A stretch of 64,000 bases of DNA from an uncultured Verrucomicrobiae bacterium (lineage in GTDB: Bacteria; Verrucomicrobiota; Verrucomicrobiia; Palsa-1439). Within the stretch, counting starts at the first letter, position 1. Each line of letters opens with the position of its first letter. A program made the position numbers and the translations under genes. This document shows positions 10,373-19,025 of the stretch, piece by piece. The stretch is taken from positions 64,001-128,000 of the forward strand of contig CAWEWF010000005.1 in the NCBI GenBank assembly GCA_963812605.1. Reading direction: 5' to 3'. The notes under the pieces are model-generated. The model saw only the letters and a program-made list of their open reading frames with translations. It ran no database searches and was not told the origin of the DNA.

Positions 10373-10682
10373 GGAGATATCGTCGCGTGTGGATGAACCG
10401 CTTTCCGGTGCGACCCGCAAGATTCGTCGAACGTCAATGTGACCTGAGATTCTGGAAGAGCAAGAAGGAGGGAAACGCGAACGCGACGCCAGCCTCAACC
10501 TGTCACCAGCGAAGAGCAGACAAAAAAACGACCGAAATGTCCAGCAAATTCAAGGGTTTCAAGGCGATGATGATTGCAGTGTTGTAATCTTCTAGTAAGG
10601 CTTTATCCGACATCTACGTACGGCTCTCCAAGCCGTCCGCTCAGGAGCTAATCTTAATCTGCGCGCTCCGTCACCCGGATAC
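10373..10682. repeat. Copy B of the diverged non-coding module
   Basis: Blocks tcaatgtgacctgagattctgga, aaacgcgaacgcgacgccagcctc, tccaagccgtccgctca and cgtcacccggatac, colinear with 8067-8390. Confidence 0.85.
10476..10492 (-). promoter_or_regulatory. sigma54-like -24/-12 promoter for the 8457-10043 gene
   Basis: Minus strand CTGGCGTCGCGTTCGCG = GG-N10-GC, at the same position as in copy A. Confidence 0.45.
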
Positions 10683-10697
10683 GTTGTTTCATCCAAG

Positions 10698-10734
10698 GCC
10701 GTCCCGGAGAAGTCCGGGGCGGCTTCTGGTTTTT
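10698..10734 (+). terminator. Rho-independent terminator with no upstream + strand CDS
   Basis: GCCGTCCCGGA-GAAG-TCCGGGGCGGC stem followed by TTCTGGTTTTT. Confidence 0.65.
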
Positions 10735-10762
10735 GGGCGGGGGGCCGACGATCACGACGGGC

Positions 10763-10791
10763 TTGCAACAATCTGCGCGCTTCCCTATGCT
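10763..10791 (+). promoter_or_regulatory. sigma70 promoter of mlaEFD
   Basis: TTGCAA-N17-TATGCT, 8 nt before the ATG (near-leaderless). Confidence 0.55.
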
Positions 10792-10799
10792 CACGCGAC

Positions 10800-11585
10800 A
10801 TGACCGAGGCGCTTGCAAGTTTTCGAGAGTTCGTGATCGGCCAGCTTAACCAGCTGGGCGCGATGCTGCTGCTCCTGCTCGACATTCTCAAGACGGCCGT
10901 TACGAAGCGACCGCGCTGGAAGGAAATGCTCGAGCAAATCTACAAGATCGGCTGGCAATCCCAGGTGGTCGTGGTGATCACCGGCGCGTTCACGGGAATG
11001 GTGTTTGCCGATCAAATCTACACCCAGTTTCACAAGGTGAAGATGGATACGGCGGTCGGCCCGGTCATCAGCGTGGCCATGACCCGCGAACTGGCCCCGG
11101 TCTTGACGGCTTTGATGGTCGCGGGTCGCGTGGGCGCGGCAATCGCGGCGGAACTGGGCACGATGAAAGTGACCGAGCAATTGGATGCCCTCCGCACGGT
11201 GGGAACGGCGCCGGTGGACTATTTGGCCGTGCCGCGGTTCATCGCCCTGCTGCTGGCGCTGCCGCTGCTCACGGCCGAGGCGATGTTCTTCGGCATTTTC
11301 AGCGGGTATTTGGTCGGGGTGGACATGCTGGGGATCGACCAGGCGTACTTTTTGACGAACATGTACAAGTTTACGAGCGCCAAGGATGTGGTTAGCGGCC
11401 TGATCAAGTCCGTCTTCTTCGCGGTCTTCATCGGGCTGATTTCCTGTTACAAGGGTTTCCAGGCGGGTGAAGGGGCGGAAGGCGTCGGGCGCGCCACGAC
11501 GCAGGCCGTCGTGGTGTCTTCGCTGACGGTTCTCATCGCCAATTTTTTCATTGCGGTGCTGTTCAACGCTATCATCCCCCCATGA
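10800..11585 (+). CDS. mlaE: MlaE family ABC permease
   Basis: RELAPVLTALMVAGRVGAAIAAELGTMKVTEQLDAL, GAEGVGRATT. Confidence 0.93.
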   Translation: MTEALASFREFVIGQLNQLGAMLLLLLDILKTAVTKRPRWKEMLEQIYKIGWQSQVVVVITGAFTGMVFADQIYTQFHKVKMDTAVGPVISVAMTRELAPVLTALMVAGRVGAAIAAELGTMKVTEQLDALRTVGTAPVDYLAVPRFIALLLALPLLTAEAMFFGIFSGYLVGVDMLGIDQAYFLTNMYKFTSAKDVVSGLIKSVFFAVFIGLISCYKGFQAGEGAEGVGRATTQAVVVSSLTVLIANFFIAVLFNAIIPP

Positions 11586-12346
11586 TCAAGATCGAGGGAC
11601 TATGGAAGAGTTTCGGTGATCTGGAAGTCCTGCGGGGCCTGGATTTGGAGATCCGCGACGCCGAAACCATTGTCATCATCGGGCGCAGTGGCGGCGGCAA
11701 AAGCGTGCTGTTGAAGCATCTCTGTGGGTTGCTCAAGCCGGACAAGGGCAAGATCTTGGTGGACGGCGTGGACATCGTGCCGCTGGACGAGGAGGAACTT
11801 ACGCCGATCCGCAAGCAGTTTGGCTTTCTCTTCCAGGGTGCGGCGCTCTTTGACTCGATGACGCTCTATGACAATGTGGCCTTTCCGCTGCGCGAGGAAC
11901 GCCGCCCCGAGACGGAGATCCGCAAGCGCGTCGACGAGGCGCTGGCCATCGTCGATTTATTGAAGGCCGAGGACAAGAAACCGGCTGAACTCAGTGGTGG
12001 CATGCGCAAGCGCGCGGGTTTGGCGCGGGCGGTGGTGGCCAACCCAAAATACATTCTCTACGACGAACCGACCACGGGGCTGGATCCCATTCGCGCCGAC
12101 AATATCAACCAGTTGATTTTGCGGTTGCACGACCAATTGCACTGCACGGGGGTTGCAGTGACGCATGACATGGTCAGTGCGTACAAGATTGCGGATCGCA
12201 TCGCGATGCTGCACGAGGGAACCATCCATGTGGTCGGTACGCCGGAAGAAATCCAGGCAACCCAGGACCCGATCGTAAAACAATTCATTACAGGCGTTGG
12301 CGACGTCAATCAGGAGGTGCAGCATGGCGCAGCAGCGGTTCACTGA
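11582..12346 (+). CDS. mlaF: MlaF family ABC ATPase
   Basis: GRSGGGKS, FQGAALFDS, LSGGMRKRAGLARA, YDEPTTGLDP. Confidence 0.92.
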   Translation: MIKIEGLWKSFGDLEVLRGLDLEIRDAETIVIIGRSGGGKSVLLKHLCGLLKPDKGKILVDGVDIVPLDEEELTPIRKQFGFLFQGAALFDSMTLYDNVAFPLREERRPETEIRKRVDEALAIVDLLKAEDKKPAELSGGMRKRAGLARAVVANPKYILYDEPTTGLDPIRADNINQLILRLHDQLHCTGVAVTHDMVSAYKIADRIAMLHEGTIHVVGTPEEIQATQDPIVKQFITGVGDVNQEVQHGAAAVH

Positions 12347-13352
12347 ACTCAGAGTAGGGATTTTCGTAGCGGTTTCCCTGGTGTTGGTTGCCGGCTTGAT
12401 CCTCAAGTTCGGCAAATACGAGCGGTTGGCGAGGAAGAGTTACCGAATCACCGTCGTCTTCGCGGACGTGGGCGGCATCGTCCGGGACGCCGATGTGCTG
12501 TACGGCGGCATTGCCGTCGGCAAGGTGGGGAACATCACGCTCGATCAAGAGGGGGTGCTCAAGGTCAGCGTCCAACTGGACATCGATCAGACGGTAAAGA
12601 TCCGCAACGACGCGAAGTTCGTCATCAACCAATCCGGACTGCTCGGCGACCGGTATATCGATGTGATGCCACAGGGCGCAACCAACGAGTTTCTCAAGGC
12701 CGGAGATACCGTCGAGGGGACGGCCAGCATGGATCTTACCGAGGCGATCCACGGGGTGGTGGACGTCCTGCATCAAGCCGGGGGCACGATCGAGCGGGTG
12801 GACAAGGCCATCCAGCGCATCGACGAGACAGTGTTGAGTCGCCAGAGCCTGGAGCATATCGACGCCTCCCTGGCCAACATCGATGTGGCCAGCAGCAACG
12901 CCGTCGGGCTGACGGCAAGCATGCGCAGTATCGTTGATGAGAATCGCGGCAAGGTGGACAGTACGTTGACGCGGTTTTCGGATGCCGCCGACAATCTCAG
13001 CCGGACTTCCAAAAACGTCGACCAACTTGTCAGTGCCAACCAGGATGACATCCGCGCGGCGATGAAAAACCTGGCCGAAAGCACAACGCGGGTAAACGAT
13101 ATTCTCGCGCGATTGGAGAAGGGCGAGGGAACGGTCGGTAAGTTGCTCGTCGATCCCACGTTGCATGACGAAATTGTGCACCTGGTGCAAAATTGGCGTA
13201 AATACGGCCTGCTGTACAAAGAAGGCAACCGCGCGGACTCCAGACCCCCCGTCCACTCGAACATTAACGTCGGCCCGCAGCCCTCGCGGCCTGTCCCAAG
13301 TGGGGGCGGAACCCTCATTTTCGGCACCGACTCCACGACACCGGCCCGGTAG
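12324..13352 (+). CDS. mlaD: MCE/MlaD family protein
   Basis: N-terminal TM, GIAVGKV, GLLGDRYI, helical tail with GTVGKL; start at MAQQRF. Confidence 0.88.
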   Translation: MAQQRFTELRVGIFVAVSLVLVAGLILKFGKYERLARKSYRITVVFADVGGIVRDADVLYGGIAVGKVGNITLDQEGVLKVSVQLDIDQTVKIRNDAKFVINQSGLLGDRYIDVMPQGATNEFLKAGDTVEGTASMDLTEAIHGVVDVLHQAGGTIERVDKAIQRIDETVLSRQSLEHIDASLANIDVASSNAVGLTASMRSIVDENRGKVDSTLTRFSDAADNLSRTSKNVDQLVSANQDDIRAAMKNLAESTTRVNDILARLEKGEGTVGKLLVDPTLHDEIVHLVQNWRKYGLLYKEGNRADSRPPVHSNINVGPQPSRPVPSGGGTLIFGTDSTTPAR

Positions 13353-13428
13353 CGAAACCACGGTGCGGGGGATGGTGCTCTGGCCTTAAACCTGCTTCTT
13401 TTGTTCACGAAGCTATAGGTTTAGAGCT

Positions 13429-14496
13429 ATGACGCTGTTAATGTTACGGGTGTTTTTTCTGATCCTCTGCGTGATGGGGAGTTGGTCCATTTCGCAGTTG
13501 GAGGATCAGTGGGCGCAGCATCCCGTCATCGCCATCCTGATCGGCCTGGTCGGCGGCGGTGCGTTCATCGGCATCGATAAGCTCCTGAAAGGTTTCTCGT
13601 TGCGCGGGCTTTCCGCCGCCACGTTCGGCATTCTCACCGGGTTCACGATCAGCTATTTCATTGGCAATTCCGTATTATTCAAATTCATCGATGACGAACC
13701 CAAACTCATCGCGCAGATCGTCATGTACGTGGTCGGCACCTATCTCGCGATGGTGATCGCTCTGCGGGCCAAGGACGAGTTCAACATGGTCATCCCCTAC
13801 GTGAAGTTCATCAAGGAGAACAAGCCCGAGCGGCTCGTGTTGCTCGACACGAATATCATCATCGACGGTCGCATCCAGGAGGTTTGCCTGACCGGCTTTC
13901 TCGATGCGGTGTTCATCGTGCCGCGGTTCGTGCTGGATGAATTGCAGTACATCGCCGACGCCGGGGATGAAGTGAAGCGCGTGCGCGGACGTCGCGGTCT
14001 CGAAGTGCTCAAGATGCTCCAGCTCAACCCACGCGTGGAAGTGAAGTTTCACGAGAACGACCTGCCCGAGGTGAAGGAAGTGGACGGGAAGCTGGTGCAG
14101 TTGGCGAAGATGCTGCCGGCCGAAATTTTGACCAATGACTACAACCTCAATCGGATCGCCGAGTTGCAGCACGTGAAGGTGCTCAATCTTCACGAGCTTG
14201 GCAAATCCTTGCGTCCCGTCGTCTTGCCGGGCGAAAAGCTTACGGTTCGCCTCATCAAGGAGGGGCGCGAACCGCAACAAGCCATCGCCTATCTCGACGA
14301 CGGGACGATGATCGTCGTCAATCGCGCGCGCCGTTCTATTGGACAGGAGATTGAGGTCACCATCGCCAGCGTACTGCAAACGGCCGCGGGCCGCATGGCG
14401 TTCGCCGAAGTGGCCAATGGCCATGCGAACGGGAATGACCACACCGAGACCGAGTCGCCGGCCGAAGAGCCGGGCAAGCTTGCTCCTGTAAACTGA
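13429..14496 (+). CDS. Membrane PIN/TRAM domain protein (YacL-like)
   Basis: TM region, LLDTNIIIDGRI, TNDYNLN, YLDDGTMIVV, LQTAAGRM. Confidence 0.9.
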   Translation: MTLLMLRVFFLILCVMGSWSISQLEDQWAQHPVIAILIGLVGGGAFIGIDKLLKGFSLRGLSAATFGILTGFTISYFIGNSVLFKFIDDEPKLIAQIVMYVVGTYLAMVIALRAKDEFNMVIPYVKFIKENKPERLVLLDTNIIIDGRIQEVCLTGFLDAVFIVPRFVLDELQYIADAGDEVKRVRGRRGLEVLKMLQLNPRVEVKFHENDLPEVKEVDGKLVQLAKMLPAEILTNDYNLNRIAELQHVKVLNLHELGKSLRPVVLPGEKLTVRLIKEGREPQQAIAYLDDGTMIVVNRARRSIGQEIEVTIASVLQTAAGRMAFAEVANGHANGNDHTETESPAEEPGKLAPVN

Positions 14497-14516
14497 GTTC
14501 TGTTAGTCTCCCGCGC

Positions 14517-15200
14517 ATGGTTACGGCCATCGTGCTGGCTGCCGGGCGCTCGACGCGCATGGGCGGCGGCCCCAACAAGCAATTCATCGAGCTTCTCGGG
14601 AAACCGCTCATTTGCTATTCGCTGACGGCGTTTGAGTTGTGCGGCGCGGTCGACGCGATCATTCTGGTGCGCAGCCCCGATTATGCGCAAGAGGCGGAAC
14701 AGATTGTACGCGAGTTTGGCTTCCAGAAAGTGGTCGCTGTCACCGACGGCGGCGTCGAACGCCAGAACTCGGTGTGGAACGGCCTGGAGAAATGCGATCC
14801 CGCCACGGAAATTGTTGCGGTCCACGACGGCGCCCGGCCATTGGTGACCGCCGCTCTGATTCAATCCACGATCGTCAGCGCCCGCTCATTCGGCACTGGG
14901 ATTGCCGCCACCAAGGTTGTCGATACCCTCAAGGAGGCTAACGACGACAAAACCGTTGTCCGCACGGTAGATCGCACGAAGCTGTGGGCCGTTCAAACGC
15001 CACAGACGGTTCGTTATGCGTTGCTCAAGAATGCTTACGCGAAAATATTTGCGGACAAGGCCATCGTGACGGACGAAGCCGCCGCCGTCGAGTCGCTGGG
15101 CCAGAAGGTCCATCTGGTCGAGACGCCGTTCCTGAACCTGAAGATCACGACATCATCGGACCTCGCAATTGCCGAAGCCTTGCTACGTGTGCGGTCATGA
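14517..15200 (+). CDS. ispD: 2-C-methyl-D-erythritol 4-phosphate cytidylyltransferase
   Basis: LAAGRSTRMG, VHDGARP, VQTPQ, TDEA, NLKITT. Confidence 0.93.
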   Translation: MVTAIVLAAGRSTRMGGGPNKQFIELLGKPLICYSLTAFELCGAVDAIILVRSPDYAQEAEQIVREFGFQKVVAVTDGGVERQNSVWNGLEKCDPATEIVAVHDGARPLVTAALIQSTIVSARSFGTGIAATKVVDTLKEANDDKTVVRTVDRTKLWAVQTPQTVRYALLKNAYAKIFADKAIVTDEAAAVESLGQKVHLVETPFLNLKITTSSDLAIAEALLRVRS

Positions 15201-15923
15201 AGCCTCGCCACATTGTAGCCTTGGGCGGAGGAGGCTTCAGCGACGAGCCCGACGGTTCATCGTTGGATGATTTCATTTTCGGTTTGTCACGCAAACGTCG
15301 CCCGAAAATCTGTTTTCTGGGTACCGCTACTGACGATAGTGATAGCTATTTCCAAAAATTCTACAAAGCGATGGCTCGACGAAAATGTGAGGCCTCGCAC
15401 CTGGGACTTTTCAATCGGACGCATCTGGACCCGGCCAAGTTCTTGTTGCAGCAGGACGTGATCTACGTCGGTGGTGGAAATACGGCCAACATGCTGGCGA
15501 TTTGGCGCGTCCATGGCGTTGATCGCGCGCTGCGGACGGCCTGGCAGCAGGGGATTATCTTGGCGGGCATCAGCGCGGGGGCGAATTGCTGGTTCGAGGC
15601 GTGCAGTACGGATTCATTTGGACCTCTGGCACCCTTGCACGACGGCTTGGGGCTCTTGCCGGGGTCAGTCTGTCCGCATTACGATGGGGAAGAAGAAACG
15701 ACGGCCGACGTTGCTCCGTTTTATCGCCAGCGGCCAACTGCCGGATGGCTTCGCCCTGGATGACTGCGCGGCCGCACATTTTGTCGGGCGTCGATTTGTC
15801 GAAGCCGTGAGTTCGCGGCCCAAGGCGAAGGCGTATCGCGTGGTTCGTGTCGGAAAGCGGGTGGTGGAAGAAGTGATCCCCACCCGATTTCTCGGCGTTG
15901 CTTCAGGTACGCGGGTAAGGTAA
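15197..15923 (+). CDS. Peptidase E / S51 family (one frameshift near 15690)
   Basis: ALGGGGF, IYVGGGNT, GISAGA, CPHYD; continues in the 15471-15923 frame. Confidence 0.8.
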
Positions 15924-15936
15924 GCTCCGAAATCTT

Positions 15937-16410
15937 ATGAACCGCGTTGGAATTGGAATCGACGTGCATCGTTTTGTCCCCGGCCGCAAGTGCATCCTGG
16001 GAGGGGTCGAAATCCCGCACGACGTTGGGTTGGAAGGCCACAGCGATGCAGACGTGCTGGCGCATGCCATTGCCGATGCGTTGCTGGGAGCGGCGGCGCT
16101 CGGGGATATCGGGAAGTATTACCCACCCAACGACATGAAGTTCAAGGACATGAACAGCATGGTCATTGTGAAGGAATGCGCCGAGCGCGTGAGGCAGGCC
16201 GGCGGCCGGATCAATAATATCGACGCCATGATTATTGCCGAAGCGCCGAAGATGGCCCCGCACATCCCGAAGATGCAGGAAATCCTGGGAAAAAACCTGG
16301 GTGTCACGCCAACCCAGGTTGGCGTCAAAGCAACGACCAGCGAGCACATGGGATTCACCGGCCGCGAAGAAGGCATTGTCGTGGTGGCGATCGCCTCGGT
16401 GGAAATGTGA
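15937..16410 (+). CDS. ispF: MECDP synthase
   Basis: GIGIDVH, GHSDADV, GDIG, VKATTSE. Confidence 0.95.
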   Translation: MNRVGIGIDVHRFVPGRKCILGGVEIPHDVGLEGHSDADVLAHAIADALLGAAALGDIGKYYPPNDMKFKDMNSMVIVKECAERVRQAGGRINNIDAMIIAEAPKMAPHIPKMQEILGKNLGVTPTQVGVKATTSEHMGFTGREEGIVVVAIASVEM

Positions 16411-17793
16411 AATTTTTCAACACGCTCACGCGGACGAAGGAAGAATTCGTTCCTCTCAAACCGCCGCAGGTCGGCCTGTACACCTGCGGCCCGACGGTGT
16501 ACGGCTTTGTTCACATCGGCAATCTGCGGGCGTTCCTGTTCGACGATTTGCTGCGCCGCTGGCTCGAGTACCGGGGCTTCAACGTCACCCACGTGATGAA
16601 CATCACCAACGTCGAAGACCGCATCATCAACAAAGTCCGCGAATCCGGCCAGTCGCTCAAGGAAGTCACCGATTTCTACACGACTGCTTTCCTAACCGAT
16701 CTCGACACGCTCAACGTCAAACGCGCCCACATCATCCCGCGCGCGACGGAAGCGATTGCCGGCATGATTGCGATGATCGAAAAGCTTATCGTCAAGAATC
16801 ACGCCTACGTGAGCGACGACAAATGCGTGTATTACTCGATCAAGTCGTTCCCCGATTATGGCAAACTTTCACATCGGCGGATCGCCGATCAGAGCGCGGC
16901 GGTTGAGCGCATTAAAAACGACGACTACGATAAGGAAGAAATGGCCGACTTCGCGTTGTGGAAGGCGTGGGACGAGAAAGACGGCGACGTAAAATGGGAT
17001 TCGCCCTGGGGCCGGGCCGACCGGGTTGGCACATCGAGTGTAGCGTGATGAGCATGCAACATCTCGGCGAAGTCTTCGACATCCATTGCGGCGGCGAAGA
17101 CCTGATCTTTCCCCATCACGAGGACGAAATCGCCCAGAGCGAGGCCGCGACCGGCAAGCCGTTCGTCCGGTACTGGCTGCACAATGCGCACTTGCTCGTG
17201 GAAGGCAAGAAGATGAGCAAACGGCTTGGCAATTACTACACGCTCCACGATTTGCTCGCCAAGGGTTGGACGGGGCGCGAAATCCGCTACGTCCTGGCGT
17301 CAGCCCACTACCGCGACCCCTGAATTTCACCTTCGACGGCTTGCAAGGCGCGCGCTCGGCGCTTCAGCGGATCGACGAGTTTCTCCTGAAGTTGCAGGAG
17401 ATGGCGAAACCGCCCTCATCAAATTATGAGCCGGTCCTTAGATTCCTAGTCGAATTCGATGCCAAAATGGACGACGATTTGAACATTAGCGGTGCGCTTG
17501 GAACAGTCTTTGATTTCATCCGATTTACGAACAAGAAGATCGTGGAGGGCTCGCTACGATCGCCAGATGCCCAAGACATTCTTGAGGAGTGGAAGAAAAT
17601 CGACGGCGTCCTCGGCTTCGGCGTGCCGATAAGGTCCGATGTGCCGGTTGCCGTTGAGCGCCTCCTTGTGGAACGCCAGATTGCCCGCAAAGCCAAGGAT
17701 TTCAGACACTCCGACGAAATCCGCGAGCAACTCGTGAATCTTGGTTGGACAGTCGAAGACACTCCGCAAGGCCCGCGAGCGAAAAAACTCTAA
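16407..17793 (+). CDS. cysS: Cysteinyl-tRNA synthetase (two apparent 1-nt deletions near 17010 and 17320)
   Basis: [38 protein letters not shown] spread over three frames, joined at G and C runs. Confidence 0.92.
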
Positions 17794-17832
17794 GCGCCGT
17801 TCCCGCCCAAGTAGCGGATTTCACAATGGTTA

Positions 17833-18647
17833 TCAAAGGTGAAGTGCCCTCTTCTGACGATGAGTCCTCCACAAGTGACCATGTTCGCAGCCGTAGTGAA
17901 TTGCATCAGTTGTGTATGACACGAGGCAGGGAAGACCGAGACAACCGGGCTCGCGACATTGGTCCGTCCGCTCGCCGCACGTGAGCATCTCTGATAGAGC
18001 ATCCATTGCATCGCCGGCGTCTGCGCCGGTAACTGTCACTGCGATATTAGCTCCGGGCTGCCCGGAAAGACAAAGAAGGCCCATGATGCTTCGGGTGTTT
18101 GTAATCGACTCTCCGTCAGAGAGTTGAATTGTTGAACTGAATCGATTGCCGAGTTTTAGAATCAGACAAGCTGTTCGAGCTCCCAATCGCCATTTGAGTT
18201 GGAACTGCCGTTGGACTCGTTTCGACGACCGCGCGCCAGCGACCGGTGGCAATCCGCAGTTAGCCGTCAGGTATTCGAGATCACTAGCGGCTTGGAGCGC
18301 CTGTTCCTTAATTTCTGAAAGGCTTCTTTCACCCGCAAGAAAAGCGCGATGAGGAAATTTTGGAATCCGATCACGGAGTTCAAGATCAAGCAGCGCGTCC
18401 CGGTCCAGATCGCTCTGAAGCAGGAAGGCGCGAATTATTGCGCCGTACTTGGCACATGCGCATGCCCGATGGTTACCATCTAGCACGACGTAGAATCTGC
18501 GACTCCGATCATAGGCTGGGAAGACCACGATTGGAGCCGTTCAATCCCCACTGCCAGATCCTCTCGGAGAGCGTGCCAATACGGAGTGTCGTCGCTGACT
18601 TGATTTGTCAGGACGATCTGCTTCGGAGGGACAACGATTGACTTCAT
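17833..18647 (-). CDS. Hypothetical fusion: ParB/Srx-like N-terminal domain + HPr-like domain + Cys/His-rich tail (frameshift near 18540)
   Basis: PIVV...YVVLDGNHRA; LGARTA...FSSTIQL...NTRSIMGLLCL...VTVTGADA..AMDAL; CxxxxC and CEHGH; ATG at 18647 opens MKSIVVPPKQIVL in another frame. Confidence 0.65.
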
Positions 18648-19025
18648 TTCCCGAGTGTCAAATAGCCGAAAGCCCGAACGATAGTCGAATGGGTGGCTTT
18701 GAAGAGTTCACGGCGAGAAGTGTAGCGCAACAGAAATCCTTCGACAAGTCGGAGTTCCGGGATGCCACCGAGGCGAAAGACCCGCCCAAGACGTCTCCGT
18801 CATATAGATTATCTTGCGTAGGCTTGCGGCGTTTCCCCGCCAATGGCAAGGCAGCGTTTGTTGAATGCCCGCTGTGGTCGCAATGAACTTGAAGAAGTCG
18901 TGACCTTGCGGCACTTGACCAGTGACACGGACTTGTGTTCCGCGGGTCCACAGCCCTCGCCATGACCCTCCTCATTCAGCGTTGGATTGACAAGGCCGTC
19001 TCGATATGATGTTTGTGTCTCAGCA

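Noticed and set aside
10620-10637. tRNA anticodon-like hairpin
   Set aside because: No D arm, TTCGA T loop or acceptor stem
17321-17323. TGA in cysS as selenocysteine or readthrough
   Set aside because: A missing C in a C-run restores DPLNF; the downstream part is in a different frame
18658-18975. Gene upstream of the ParB-HPr fusion
   Set aside because: No frame gives recognisable motifs; at most a decayed remnant
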